Below, piece after piece: positions 44,508 through 54,551 of a stretch of DNA of 64,000 nt. Position 1 is the stretch's first letter. Every line of letters starts with the position of its first letter. The position numbers and the translations under genes are program-made. The notes beneath the pieces were generated by a model that saw nothing but the letters and a program-made list of their open reading frames with translations, was not told the DNA's origin and made no database searches. The DNA is taken from contig JANWHD010000017.1 in assembly GCA_025450585.1 (NCBI GenBank), positions 33,668 to 97,667 of the forward strand, given 5' to 3'. This DNA comes from Solirubrobacterales bacterium (GTDB lineage: Bacteria > Actinomycetota > Thermoleophilia > Solirubrobacterales > 70-9).

Positions 44508-45149
44508 ATGGCACTAGCGATCTTCGGCATCGACAACGACAGCCTCAACCTGGTCGCGACCTTCTTCGTCCTGGCGATCGTGGTCGTCTGGCTGGCGCTG
44601 ATCGTCTACACCTACTTCGACGCCAAGCGCCGTATCTCCGACCCCTTCCTCGTTGCCTGTGCCACGATCGGCTCCTTCTTCCCCTACATCGGCACCGCCG
44701 TCTACGCGATCGTGCGCCCGCCCGAGTTCCTCGAGGACGCCCACGAACGCGAGCTCGAGATCAGGGCTGCCGAGCTGCGCGTGCGCCAGCTGACCGAGAC
44801 CTCCTGCCCCAACTGCGAATACCCGGTGGAACGGAATTTCCTGCGCTGCCCAAAGTGCCAGAAACGTCTCAAGACCCCCTGCCCGAGCTGCCGCAAGCCC
44901 GTCGACCCCCGCTGGGCCCTCTGTCCCTACTGCGAGACGGCGCTGGAGGAGCGCCCGCGCCGCGCGAAGCGCCAGCCGCCGCCACGGAGGAAAGAGCAGG
45001 ACACGGAGAGCGCCGAGCCAGCGCGCGGGGAGCCGACCGCTTCTGCTGCCGAGGAGCCCGCGCGCCCGGCCGCCGATGAGCCCAAAGCCGCCAAACGAAC
45101 CAAAAGGAGCCCCGCACGTGAGCCGGACGCTGATCCTCGTAAAGCCTGA
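44508..45149 (+). CDS. Membrane protein with a double zinc-ribbon domain
   Basis: Two N-terminal TM helices, then CPNCEYPV...[19 protein letters not shown]...CPYCE, and a basic, low-complexity tail. Confidence 0.7.
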   Translation: MALAIFGIDNDSLNLVATFFVLAIVVVWLALIVYTYFDAKRRISDPFLVACATIGSFFPYIGTAVYAIVRPPEFLEDAHERELEIRAAELRVRQLTETSCPNCEYPVERNFLRCPKCQKRLKTPCPSCRKPVDPRWALCPYCETALEERPRRAKRQPPPRRKEQDTESAEPARGEPTASAAEEPARPAADEPKAAKRTKRSPAREPDADPRKA

Positions 45150-45525
45150 CGCCTTCGAGCGCGCCCTGACCGGCGAGGTGATCGCCCGCTTTGAGCGCAA
45201 GGGACTTCGGATCGCCGCGCTGAAGACGATGCGGGCCGACGAGTCGATTGCCAACGAGCACTACGAGGAGCACACGGAGAAGCCGTTCTTCGGCGAGCTG
45301 GTCTCCTTCATCACCGGCGGCACGCTGGTGGCCATGGTCCTCGAGGGGCCGGAGGCGGTGCCGGCGGCTCGTCAGGTGATCGGAGCGACCAATCCGGTCG
45401 AGGCCGCCCCCGGCTCGATTCGCGGCGATTTCGCGCTTGAGGTGACCTTCAACATGGTCCACGGATCCGACTCCGACGAGTCCGCGGAGCGGGAGATCGG
45501 CATCTGGTTTCCAGAGCTTTCTTGA
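45118..45525 (+). CDS. ndk: Nucleoside-diphosphate kinase
   Basis: GTG at 45118 is preceded by AAGGAG. Sequence [29 protein letters not shown]...NMVHGSDS. The upstream part of track ORF 45076..45525 overlaps the previous gene. Confidence 0.9.
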   Translation: MSRTLILVKPDAFERALTGEVIARFERKGLRIAALKTMRADESIANEHYEEHTEKPFFGELVSFITGGTLVAMVLEGPEAVPAARQVIGATNPVEAAPGSIRGDFALEVTFNMVHGSDSDESAEREIGIWFPELS

Positions 45526-46076
45526 GCGTAGTTCTCGCATCCGGGTCGCCGCAGAGAGCTGAGATTTTGCGGAAGCTTGGGGTGGAGTTCGAGGTCGTCG
45601 TGTCCGGCGTGGACGAGCTCAGTGGGGGAGACCCCGAGTTCGAGGTCTTGGAGAACGCTCGACGGAAGGCTCGGGCGGTGGATCGCGATGGGATGGTGCT
45701 GGCTTGCGACACGGATGTGGTGCTTGACGGCAAGGCGCTGGGGAAGCCGGCCGATGCCGCCGAGTCGCGGGGCTATCTGGAGCGAATGTCGGGGCGGGCG
45801 CACACGGTAATGAGCGGGCTGGTGGTGCTCGTGGATGGAGCGGAGCGGAGTGGGCTCGAACGGACGACCGTCGTCTTCAGGCAGCTGAGCGCCGCCGATA
45901 AAGAACGTTATGTCGACTTCGGCGAGTGGGAGGGGCGCTCCGGGGGATATGCGATTCAGACGCTCGGCTCGACCCTGGTGGAGCGAGTCGAGGGAAGCGT
46001 CTCCAACGTGGTTGGGTTGCCGGTGGGGCTGCTGTTCGAGCTGGCGCCGGAGCTGTTCCCAGTCACGCACCTGTAA
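45522..46076 (+). CDS. maf: Maf-like nucleoside triphosphate pyrophosphatase
   Basis: [19 protein letters not shown]...DTDVVLDG...GGYAIQ. TTGA overlap with ndk. Confidence 0.85.
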   Translation: MSVVLASGSPQRAEILRKLGVEFEVVVSGVDELSGGDPEFEVLENARRKARAVDRDGMVLACDTDVVLDGKALGKPADAAESRGYLERMSGRAHTVMSGLVVLVDGAERSGLERTTVVFRQLSAADKERYVDFGEWEGRSGGYAIQTLGSTLVERVEGSVSNVVGLPVGLLFELAPELFPVTHL

Positions 46077-46138
46077 GCCGATTTGTGCCGATTTTGCGGG
46101 TTTGGGACAATCCCAGCCGGAAAGTCTCCATTCCACAC

Positions 46139-47188
46139 ATGGGCGTGCTCGGATATCTCAGAGGTCTCGGCGGTCGCGACATGGCCGTCGACCTGGGCAC
46201 GGCCAACACACTCGTCTACGTTCGCGGGCGCGGCATCGTCCTCTCGGAGCCCTCGGTCGTGGCGATCGACTCCCACACCGGCCAGGTGCACGCAGTCGGG
46301 GTCGAGGCGAAGCGGATGCTGGGGCGCACCCCCGGCAACATCACCGCGATCCGGCCACTCAAGGACGGTGTGATCGCCGACTTCGACGTGACCGAGCAGA
46401 TGCTGCGCCACTTCATCAAGCAGGTGCACTCCAACCGCTTCGCCCACCCCCGAGTGGTCGTCTGCGTCCCTTCGGGCGTTACCGGGGTCGAGAAGCGGGC
46501 GGTCGAGGAGGCCTGCCTCTCGGCCGGCGCCCGCCAGGCCTACCTGATCGAGGAGCCGATGGCGGCGGCGATCGGGGCGGGCCTGCCGGTGGCGGAGCCG
46601 ACCGGCTCGATGGTCGTCGACGTCGGCGGCGGCACCACCGAGGTGGCGGTGATCTCGCTCGGCGGGATCGTCGTCTCGCAGTCGATCCGGATCGGCGGCG
46701 ACGAGCTCGACGAGGCGATCGTCAACCACTGCAAGCACGAGTACAAGCTGGCGGTCGGCACGCAGACGGCGGAGGAGGTAAAGCTCGAGGCGGGCTCGGC
46801 CTCGCCGCTGCCCGAGGAAGTGCGGGCCGAGATCCGCGGCCGCGACCTCGTCTCCGGCCTGCCGAAGACGATCGAGCTCGGCTCCGAAGAGATACGCGAG
46901 GCGCTCGACGAAACGGTCGGGCACATCGTCGAGGCGGTCAAGGACACGCTCGACCGCACGCCCCCGGAGCTCGCCGGTGACATCATGGATCGCGGAATCA
47001 CCCTCGCCGGCGGCGGCGCCCTCCTGCAAGGACTCGAACAGCGCCTCCGCGACGAGTGCCAGATGCCGTGTCAGCTGGCAGAGTCACCGCTTACGTGCGT
47101 GGCGGTGGGATCGGGCATCTCCCTGGAGGAGTTCGAGGCCATCCACCGCGCCAGCAAGCGAAATTCGGGAACGCGGCATTTTGCGTAG
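46139..47188 (+). CDS. mreB: Rod shape-determining protein MreB
   Basis: Internal ATG at 46139 of ORF 45926..47188. Sequence ...[15 protein letters not shown]...[18 protein letters not shown].... Confidence 0.95.
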   Translation: MGVLGYLRGLGGRDMAVDLGTANTLVYVRGRGIVLSEPSVVAIDSHTGQVHAVGVEAKRMLGRTPGNITAIRPLKDGVIADFDVTEQMLRHFIKQVHSNRFAHPRVVVCVPSGVTGVEKRAVEEACLSAGARQAYLIEEPMAAAIGAGLPVAEPTGSMVVDVGGGTTEVAVISLGGIVVSQSIRIGGDELDEAIVNHCKHEYKLAVGTQTAEEVKLEAGSASPLPEEVRAEIRGRDLVSGLPKTIELGSEEIREALDETVGHIVEAVKDTLDRTPPELAGDIMDRGITLAGGGALLQGLEQRLRDECQMPCQLAESPLTCVAVGSGISLEEFEAIHRASKRNSGTRHFA

Positions 47189-47226
47189 GCCCCATTCATC
47201 TCAAGCCCCAAACTTAGGTCTTCACT

Positions 47227-48078
47227 GTGTATCGAAAGCAAGTACGCCGCCGTAGGGCGGTGCTCGCCCTGCTGATCGTCGGCTCGTTCGTCCTGCTCTC
47301 CGCTACCTACGGGCAGGGCTCGCGCGGCTTCCAGCGCGGCGTCAGCTCGGTCTTCAGCCCGGTTCAGTCGGCGGCCGACCGTGCCCTGAAGCCGGCTCGC
47401 GACCTTGTCGGCTGGTTCGACCAGACCTTCGACGCGCGCGGCGAGAACAGCCAGCTCGAGTCCGAACTGGTGATCGCGCGGGAGCAGGCCGTCGCTGGCC
47501 AGGAGGCCATGCACGAGAACGCGCAGCTGCGCAAGTTGCTCGAGCTGGACCGGAGCCCCGTGCTTGCCGCCTCGGCCTATGACGAGGTGACCGGCCGGGT
47601 GATCGCCCGCTCGCCGACGCAGTGGCGCTCGAGCGTGACGATCGACGTCGGCGACGGCGACGGCGTCCGGGTCGACGATCCGGTGATCAGCGGCGACGGC
47701 CTGGTTGGGCGCATCTCCTCGGTCGGGCCGGGTTCTTCGCAGGTAATGCTTCTCACCGACCACGCCAGCGCGATCACGGCAAAGGTCGTGCCCGTCGGCG
47801 CACAGGGCGTGATCAAGCCGGAAGTTGGCAATCCCGAAGACCTGATTCTCGACTTCATCGACTCGACCACGGAGGTGCACAGGGGCCAGACGGTCGTCAC
47901 CCTCGGCCAGCGCGCTCAGGGCCTCACCTCCCTCTTCCCACCCGGCCTGCCGTTGGGCGAAGTGACAAAGGCCCCGATCGTCGAACAGGAGGCCAACGAA
48001 CAGGTTGACGTGCGCCCCTTTGCCGACTTGAGGAACCTGGACCTCGTCCAGGTGCTGACCGGAGGCTCGCGCGGATGA
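47227..48078 (+). CDS. mreC: Rod shape-determining protein MreC
   Basis: 283-aa ORF with an N-terminal TM helix, a coiled coil (ENAQLRKLLEL) and beta-barrel domains. Its position after mreB supports the call. Confidence 0.85.
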   Translation: MYRKQVRRRRAVLALLIVGSFVLLSATYGQGSRGFQRGVSSVFSPVQSAADRALKPARDLVGWFDQTFDARGENSQLESELVIAREQAVAGQEAMHENAQLRKLLELDRSPVLAASAYDEVTGRVIARSPTQWRSSVTIDVGDGDGVRVDDPVISGDGLVGRISSVGPGSSQVMLLTDHASAITAKVVPVGAQGVIKPEVGNPEDLILDFIDSTTEVHRGQTVVTLGQRAQGLTSLFPPGLPLGEVTKAPIVEQEANEQVDVRPFADLRNLDLVQVLTGGSRG

Positions 48079-48623
48079 TCCTGACTCCGAAGATCGTCGC
48101 CCGCATCGCCGCGATCGGGTTCCTCGGCGTGCTCCTGCAGCTCTCCTTCTTCTCCCGGGTCGAGCTCTTCCACGTCAGCCCCGACGTGCTGCCGGCGCTG
48201 GTCGTCTGCCTCGCCCTGCTGGGCGGGAGCCTGACCGGGGCCGTCGCCGGGTTCGCTCTCGGCCTCTTCATCGACTGCCTACTCGTCGAGGCGCTGGGCA
48301 TCACCTCGCTGGTGCTGCTCGGGACGGGCTACCTGGCCGGCCTCTTCCGCGAGCGCTTCGAGTTCCACGGCTTGCTCGTGCCGGCTCTTCTCTGCATGGG
48401 CCTGACGCTGGTCGCCGAGCTGGGCTTCGCCGCGGCTCAGCTGCTGCTCGGCGTCGATGCCCCGATCAGCCTGCTAATCGTGCGCGACATGCTGCTCAAG
48501 AGCGTCTACGCGTTCTTCCTCGGCTGGCCGATCTACCTGCTGGTGCGCCGGGTGCTGCGCCCGGCCCTGGTCGAGGAGCCCAAGGTGCAGCGACGCAGGC
48601 AGCCGACCGTGCTGGGGGCGTAG
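48075..48623 (+). CDS. mreD: Rod shape-determining protein MreD
   Basis: 182-aa polytopic membrane ORF that overlaps the mreC stop. Confidence 0.75.
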   Translation: MILTPKIVARIAAIGFLGVLLQLSFFSRVELFHVSPDVLPALVVCLALLGGSLTGAVAGFALGLFIDCLLVEALGITSLVLLGTGYLAGLFRERFEFHGLLVPALLCMGLTLVAELGFAAAQLLLGVDAPISLLIVRDMLLKSVYAFFLGWPIYLLVRRVLRPALVEEPKVQRRRQPTVLGA

Positions 48624-48627
48624 GCAC

Positions 48628-50499
48628 ATGTACCTCCGGTCCGACGAGCGAGGCCCCGCGGTGAGCAACCGCCTGGCGCTGCGGATCGCGCTCTTCGGCG
48701 GCATCGCGGTGGTCCTCTTCGCCATCCTCTTCTTCCGTCTCTGGCGGCTGCAGGTGCTGGACGGCGAGCAGTACCTGGCCGAAGCGAAGAACAACCGCAC
48801 GCGCGAGTACCGGGTCAGCGCACCCCGCGGCGAGATCCTCGACCGCAACGGCGAGCTGCTGGTCGGAAACCGCACCAGCCTGGCGCTGCAGGTCAACCCG
48901 CGGAAACTTCCCGAGGATCCGGCCGAGCGCCGCGCCGAGCTTTCGCAGCTCGCGGACCTCACCCACAGCACCCTGCGCCGCGTGCGGCGGACGATGCGCG
49001 AAGAGCTGAAACTGGCGCCGGCCGCGCCGGTGACGCTGCGCCGCGACGTCGGCCACTTCCTCGTCTACTACCTGCAGGAGAACCAGGACCGCTTCCCCGG
49101 CGTCGAGGTCCAGCGAGTCTTCGTTCGCGACTACCCGAACGCGACCCTCGCCGCCCACATTCTCGGCAACGTGGGGGAGATCTCCCCGGAGGAGCTGAAG
49201 GATCCTCGCTACAAGGACCTCCAACCGGGCGACGAAGTCGGGCAGGACGGTGTCGAGGACACCTACGACGGCTTCCTGCGTGGAGACCCGGGCCTGACCA
49301 GGATCCAGGTCGACGCGCTCGGCCAGCCGACCCCCAACGGTCGCCTCGTCTCGAAGCCGCCGGCGCCGGGGGAGAGCCTCAAGCTCTCGATTGACGCCGA
49401 GGTGCAGGCAGCTGGGGAGGCGGGACTCGCGTCGTACGGATCGGGAGCCTTCGTGACGATGGACGTGCGGACGGGTGAAATCCTCGGTCTGGGCTCCTCT
49501 CCCACCTTCGAGCCGACACTCTTCACCCGGCCATTGACCCAGAAGCAGGTCGATGAGACATACCTCAACCCGGCGGCCCCGCTCGCCAACCGGGCGATCT
49601 CCGGCCTCTACCCGACCGGTTCCACCTTCAAGTTGATCACCGCCTTGGCGGCCCTCGAAGAGGGTGCGATCAGTCCCACGGACGTGATCGTCGACGGTGG
49701 CTCGATTACCGTCGGTGGCCAGCCCTTTCAGAACGCCGGCGGCGCCGCTCTCGGCGCGGTCGACATGGCACGTGCCCTGGAAGTCTCCTCCGACGTCTAC
49801 TTCTACTTGCTCGGGCAGGAGATGTGGAATACCGGCGGCCTGCAGCGCTGGGCGCACAAGCTGGGGATCGGCCGCCCCACCGGGATCGACCTGCCCGTCC
49901 CGGCTGGCGCCGAAGGGCTGCTGCCCTCCCAGCACTGGCGCAACCAGCTCTACGAGGAAGGCGGGACGGACCGGCCCTGGTCGGTCGGCGACAACATCCA
50001 GCTCGCCACCGGGCAGGGCGATCTGCAGGCCAACCCGCTGCAGATGGCGATCGCCTACGCCGCGCTCGGCAACGGCGGCACCGTGGTCACGCCGCACGTT
50101 GGCAAGGAAGTCACCGATGCCGCCGGGCGGGTGCTGAAGGAATTCGATCCGCCGGCACAGCGTCAGGTCAAGATCGACCCGGAGTCCCGTTCGGTCATCC
50201 TCGAGGGCCTGCACGACGCCGCGCAGAGCCCGGGTGGCACCTCCTATGAAGTCTTCGGCGGCTTCCCCGTGCCGGTAGCCGGCAAGACCGGCACCGCCCA
50301 GCGCGACGAGCAGGCCGACCAGTCCTGGTACGTGATCCTCGCTCCCTATCCCGACCCCAAAATCGTCACTGCCGTTACGATCGAGGAAGGAGGGTTCGGC
50401 GCCGAATCGGCCGCGCCGGCCGCTCTCGACATTCTCGAGGCCTACTTCAACAAGCACACGACGGGTCCCGCCGGGCCCAACGGCGGCAGTCCAGGCTGA
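48628..50499 (+). CDS. mrdA: Penicillin-binding protein 2 (elongasome transpeptidase)
   Basis: 623-aa ORF with transpeptidase motifs STFK and KTGT. It sits between mreD and rodA. Confidence 0.9.
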   Translation: MYLRSDERGPAVSNRLALRIALFGGIAVVLFAILFFRLWRLQVLDGEQYLAEAKNNRTREYRVSAPRGEILDRNGELLVGNRTSLALQVNPRKLPEDPAERRAELSQLADLTHSTLRRVRRTMREELKLAPAAPVTLRRDVGHFLVYYLQENQDRFPGVEVQRVFVRDYPNATLAAHILGNVGEISPEELKDPRYKDLQPGDEVGQDGVEDTYDGFLRGDPGLTRIQVDALGQPTPNGRLVSKPPAPGESLKLSIDAEVQAAGEAGLASYGSGAFVTMDVRTGEILGLGSSPTFEPTLFTRPLTQKQVDETYLNPAAPLANRAISGLYPTGSTFKLITALAALEEGAISPTDVIVDGGSITVGGQPFQNAGGAALGAVDMARALEVSSDVYFYLLGQEMWNTGGLQRWAHKLGIGRPTGIDLPVPAGAEGLLPSQHWRNQLYEEGGTDRPWSVGDNIQLATGQGDLQANPLQMAIAYAALGNGGTVVTPHVGKEVTDAAGRVLKEFDPPAQRQVKIDPESRSVILEGLHDAAQSPGGTSYEVFGGFPVPVAGKTGTAQRDEQADQSWYVILAPYPDPKIVTAVTIEEGGFGAESAAPAALDILEAYFNKHTTGPAGPNGGSPG

Positions 50500-51695
50500 T
50501 GTACGCGACTCGTGCACGCCAGGCAAAGCTGGAGCCCTTCGCGGTCCGTCCGGGCATCGCGGAGCGCCTCGGCCTGCCCTACATGGACGGCCCCCTGGCC
50601 CTCTTCGCCGGCGCCCTCGCCGCGTTCAGCGTCTTCACGCTGAGCCAGTCGACCCTGCACGACGTTCCCGGTAGCCCCAACTACTTCGTCGACCGCCAGG
50701 CCGTCTACTCTGTGCTCGGCATCGCTGGTATGTACCTCCTCGCCCGCATCGACTACTCGCGCTTTCGCGAGCTGCGGGTCGGCATCTACACCTTCCTCTG
50801 TGTGAGCATCTCCCTCGTCTTCGTCTTCGGCTTCGCGGCGCGCGGTTCACGGCGCGCCTTCGACCTTCCCTTCTTCAGCTTTCAGCCATCTGAGCTCGGC
50901 AAGCTCCTGCTCGTGCTTGCGCTTGCCGGGTTCGTCATCGATGGCGCCAGGAAAGGGTCAGACAGGCAGCGCACGGTGCGCTACCTCTGCCTCGGCCTGG
51001 CACCGGCTGCGCTCGTCTTCCTGCAGCCGGACCTCGGCACCTCTCTGGTGTACGGGGCAATCACCCTCGCCGTGATGTACGTGGGGGGCGTCCCCTGGAC
51101 GCACTTCGCGGTGATCGGCGCGGCCATCGTCGCGATGGCGGCGTTCGTCCTGGCGGTAGCACCCGCCATCGGGACGCCGCTGCTCAAGGATTACCAGACG
51201 CAGAGACTCACCTCGTTTCTGCACCCGAGCGAGGACCCAAGCGACGCTGGCTACCAGCAGAACCAGGCCAAGACCGCAATCGGATCCGGTGAGACGACCG
51301 GCCGAGGCGATCGGGCCACACAAACGCGGCTCGACTTCGTCCCTGAGCGGCACACCGACTTCATCTTTGCCGTGATCGGTGAGCGCTACGGATTCATGGG
51401 GGCCGCGCTAGTCCTATCCCTTTACGCCCTGCTGATCTGGCGGGCGCTGCGGATTGTGACGCTCTCGAAGAACTCCTACGGGACCCTCGTGGCGGCCGGC
51501 ATTGCCGCCATGCTGCTGTTCCAGGTTTTCGTAAACGTGGGGATGAACCTCGGGATCATGCCGATCACCGGGATTCCCCTGCCACTGATGAGCTACGGAG
51601 GGTCGGCGGTACTGGCGACCTTCCTGGCGATCGGGGTCCTTCAGAGCATCCACATGCAAGCGCGTCTCAGCCAGAGGGGCAGGTTCGCCTGGTGA
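50499..51695 (+). CDS. rodA: Rod shape-determining protein RodA (FtsW/RodA/SpoVE family)
   Basis: 398-aa polytopic ORF with ...FQPSELGKLLLVL... and ...PLPLMSYGGSAVL.... Confidence 0.9.
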   Translation: MYATRARQAKLEPFAVRPGIAERLGLPYMDGPLALFAGALAAFSVFTLSQSTLHDVPGSPNYFVDRQAVYSVLGIAGMYLLARIDYSRFRELRVGIYTFLCVSISLVFVFGFAARGSRRAFDLPFFSFQPSELGKLLLVLALAGFVIDGARKGSDRQRTVRYLCLGLAPAALVFLQPDLGTSLVYGAITLAVMYVGGVPWTHFAVIGAAIVAMAAFVLAVAPAIGTPLLKDYQTQRLTSFLHPSEDPSDAGYQQNQAKTAIGSGETTGRGDRATQTRLDFVPERHTDFIFAVIGERYGFMGAALVLSLYALLIWRALRIVTLSKNSYGTLVAAGIAAMLLFQVFVNVGMNLGIMPITGIPLPLMSYGGSAVLATFLAIGVLQSIHMQARLSQRGRFAW

Positions 51696-51713
51696 CCCCT
51701 AGAAGGGGTCACC
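51691..51713 (+). terminator. Hairpin overlapping the rodA stop (terminator-like, no U-tract)
   Basis: GGTGACCCC-TAGAA-GGGGTCACC. Confidence 0.35.
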
Positions 51714-51748
51714 GGCAAATGCGTACCTATCCGAACTGAGCTGAATTC

Positions 51749-53593
51749 ATGAAAAAGACAATCCTGGTGTCCGCCGATCGTGGCGAGACCCGCGTAGCCG
51801 TACTCGAGTCAAAAGCGAAAGGCGGCAAACGCGACGTGGCGGAGCTCTACATAGAGCGACGCGGCCGGCGTTCGATCGTCGGCAACATCTACAAGGGCAA
51901 GGTCGACAACGTCCTGCCCGGAATGGAGGCCGCATTCGTCGACATCGGCCTCGAGCGCAACGGCTTCCTGCACGTCGACGAGATCGTCCTGCCCAACGGC
52001 GAACAGGCGCCGAGGCGCGGCCGCGGCAAAGGCCGCCGCATCGACGAGCTGATCAAGCCCGGTCAGGAGATCGTCGTCCAAGTGGTCAAGGACCCGCTGA
52101 AGACGAAGGGCGCCCGGCTCTCGATGAACGTCTCGATCGCCGGCCGTTACCTCGTCTACGCGGCGCAGGGCAGCGGCGTCGGCGTCAGCCGGCGGCTCTC
52201 GGACTCCGAGCGCGACCGCCTGCGCAAGATGGTCGACCGCACCTATAAAGGCCCGGGCGGGCTGATCGTCCGCACCGCCGCCCACGGGGCGAAAAAAGCC
52301 GACTTCGTGCGCGAGATCGGCTACCTGCACAAGCTCAACGAGGTGCTCGAGCGTCGCACCGAGCAAACCGCCGCCCCCGATCTCGTCTTCCAGGAGGCCG
52401 ACCTGCCGGTGCGCGTCCTGCGCGACGTCTTCCTCAGCGACTTCGAGAAAGCGATCATCGACTCCCCCAAGCAGTTCGAAAGGGTGACCAGCTTTTTCCA
52501 GCGCACCGCGCCGGAGCTGGTCGACGGGGTCGAGCTCTACGAGGACCGCAAGCCGCTCTTCGAGAAATGGGGGATCGACAAGGAAATCGAGTCGACCCTG
52601 GGCCGCCGCGCCGACCTGCCCTCGGGCGGCTACCTGATCATCGACTACGCCGAGGCGCTGACCGTGATCGACGTCAACAGCGGCAGCTTCACCGGTCGCG
52701 GCAAAGGGGGCCTGGAGGAGACGATCACCCGGGTCAACACGGAGGCCGCCGAGGAGGCGGTGCGCCAGCTGCGCCTGCGCGACATCGGCGGCATCATCGT
52801 CATCGACTTCATCGACATGTCGCGGGCGCGCAACCGCGACAAAGTGCTGAAAACGCTGCGCAAAGCGCTCGACACCGACAAGTCGAAGAGCTACGTGGTC
52901 GAGGTCTCGCCGCTCGGTCTGGTCGAGATGACGAGGCAGAACGTCACCGACGGCGTGCGCGAGATCCTCACCGCGCCCTGCCCGACCTGCGAGGGGGAGG
53001 GGGTCGTCCTCTCCGCCGAGACGGTGGCGCTGGACGCGATGCGGCGGCTGCCGGACGTCGCCGCCGGCGCCAAGGACGCCGAGGCGCTGCTGGTCCGGGT
53101 CAACCCCAAGGTCGCCGCGGAGCTGATCGATCCCGAGAGCGGACTGGCCGAGCTCGAGGCTGAGACGGGCAAGCAGTTCCACTTCGAGGGCGGTGACGCC
53201 CTGTCGATCGACACCTTCGACGTGGTCGAGGCCGGGACGCGCGAGGAGATCGAGGAGCGGGCGCTTCCCTTCAAGGTCGGCGAGGAGGTGCTGGTCAAGA
53301 TCGACGAGCCGCACATGTACAACGCTGACGACGCCGTCGCCCGGGTCGACTCCTACATCGTCAGCGTCACGGGAGGCGGCCGCTTCGTCGGCGAGCGCAA
53401 GCTGGTGCGGATCGAGCGGGTCGAGCGGGCCGCCGCGGTGGCCACGCTGCCGGGGGTCGAGGTGACCAACGGGGCCGGTGGCGGCAGCGAGAACGGCTCC
53501 GAGCTAGAATCCTCCGCCTCGCGCAGTCGCCGTCGTGGCCGCAGGGGCGGTCGGGGTCGGTCAGGTTCAAGCCAAGGCAGCAAGGACGAATGA
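51749..53593 (+). CDS. Ribonuclease E/G family endoribonuclease
   Basis: 614-aa ORF with an S1 domain (GNIYKGKVDNVLPGMEAAFVDIG), a catalytic core (...IIDYAEALTVIDVNSG..., ...IVIDFIDM...) and an Arg-rich tail. ATGA overlap with rplU. Confidence 0.9.
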   Translation: MKKTILVSADRGETRVAVLESKAKGGKRDVAELYIERRGRRSIVGNIYKGKVDNVLPGMEAAFVDIGLERNGFLHVDEIVLPNGEQAPRRGRGKGRRIDELIKPGQEIVVQVVKDPLKTKGARLSMNVSIAGRYLVYAAQGSGVGVSRRLSDSERDRLRKMVDRTYKGPGGLIVRTAAHGAKKADFVREIGYLHKLNEVLERRTEQTAAPDLVFQEADLPVRVLRDVFLSDFEKAIIDSPKQFERVTSFFQRTAPELVDGVELYEDRKPLFEKWGIDKEIESTLGRRADLPSGGYLIIDYAEALTVIDVNSGSFTGRGKGGLEETITRVNTEAAEEAVRQLRLRDIGGIIVIDFIDMSRARNRDKVLKTLRKALDTDKSKSYVVEVSPLGLVEMTRQNVTDGVREILTAPCPTCEGEGVVLSAETVALDAMRRLPDVAAGAKDAEALLVRVNPKVAAELIDPESGLAELEAETGKQFHFEGGDALSIDTFDVVEAGTREEIEERALPFKVGEEVLVKIDEPHMYNADDAVARVDSYIVSVTGGGRFVGERKLVRIERVERAAAVATLPGVEVTNGAGGGSENGSELESSASRSRRRGRRGGRGRSGSSQGSKDE

Positions 53594-54165
53594 ACACGTA
53601 CGCAGTCATAGAGAGCGGCGGCAAGCAGTACAAGGTCGAGAAGGGCACGTCCCTCCTCGTCGATCGGCTCAGCGCCAAGCAGGGCGACAAGGTCGCCCTG
53701 CGGCCGGTGATGTTCCGCGACAAGGAGGTTGTTGCCGGGGCGAAGGAGTTGGAGAAGGTCAAGGTCGAGGCGACCGTGACCGAGCACCTGCGCGGCGAGA
53801 AGATCAAGGTCTTCAAATACAAGCCGAAGAAGGGTTACCGCCGGCGCGCCGGCCACCGCTCCGAGCTGACCAAGCTCGAGGTGACCGAGGTCAAGCTGCT
53901 GACGCGGAAACCGGCAGCGGCGAAAGAGGAGAAGCCGGCGGAGGCCAAGCCGGAGAAAGCGGCTGCGGAGAAAAAACCGGCAGCCGCTAAAAAACCGGCC
54001 GAGAAAAAACCAGCGGCGAAAAAAGAGACCGCTAAAAAACCAGCTGCCAAAAAAGCTCCCGCGAAAAAAGCCGCAGCCAAAGCATCATCAAAAAAACCTG
54101 CCGCGAAAGCGAAAGCGAAAAAAGCCAAACCGGCTGCTAAAAAGGATTCTGACGATGGCTCATAA
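53590..54165 (+). CDS. rplU: 50S ribosomal protein L21 with a ~90-aa Lys/Ala/Pro-rich C-terminal extension
   Basis: [19 protein letters not shown]...[18 protein letters not shown], then a (P)AAKK-type repeat tail. Confidence 0.95.
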   Translation: MNTYAVIESGGKQYKVEKGTSLLVDRLSAKQGDKVALRPVMFRDKEVVAGAKELEKVKVEATVTEHLRGEKIKVFKYKPKKGYRRRAGHRSELTKLEVTEVKLLTRKPAAAKEEKPAEAKPEKAAAEKKPAAAKKPAEKKPAAKKETAKKPAAKKAPAKKAAAKASSKKPAAKAKAKKAKPAAKKDSDDGS

Positions 54166-54409
54166 GAAGGGACTCGGCTCAAGCCGCAACGGTCGCGAAT
54201 CCAACCCCAACATGCTTGGGGTCAAGGTCTTCGCGGGCCAGAAGGTCTCCGGCGGTGAGATCATCGTGCGCCAGCGGGGCACCCGCTTCTGGCCCGGCGA
54301 CGGGACCGGGCTTGGGCGGGATCACACGATTTTTGCGACGCGGCCTGGCACGGTTGACTTCAAGCCCTCTCGCAAGGGCCGGACCATCTCGGTCCTGCAG
54401 GACTCCTAG
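54155..54409 (+). CDS. rpmA: 50S ribosomal protein L27
   Basis: [24 protein letters not shown]...[10 protein letters not shown]. Confidence 0.95.
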   Translation: MAHKKGLGSSRNGRESNPNMLGVKVFAGQKVSGGEIIVRQRGTRFWPGDGTGLGRDHTIFATRPGTVDFKPSRKGRTISVLQDS

Positions 54410-54422
54410 GACTCAGCGGGGG

Positions 54423-54496
54423 GAGGGCCGGGCGCCCCACTCAAAACGCTCGGCAGGAGCCTCGCTGGAGTGTTTTGAGAGGGGCGCCCGGCCCTC
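54423..54496 (+). repeat. Palindromic intergenic element, copy C
   Basis: GAGGGCCGGGCGCCCCACTC-AAAACGCTCGGCAGGAGCCTCGCTGGAGTGTTTT-GAGAGGGGCGCCCGGCCCTC. It lies 13 nt after the rpmA stop. Confidence 0.85.
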
Positions 54497-54551
54497 TTCA
54501 CGCGCTCCGAGGGCGCTTGGAACTCGTGCGGCCGAATTACTCTCCTAGCTG

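Noticed and set aside
45926-46138. 5' extension of mreB in the track ORF
   Set aside because: The extension overlaps the maf 3' end and is not MreB-like. ATG 46139 precedes the canonical ...[10 protein letters not shown]... N-terminus.
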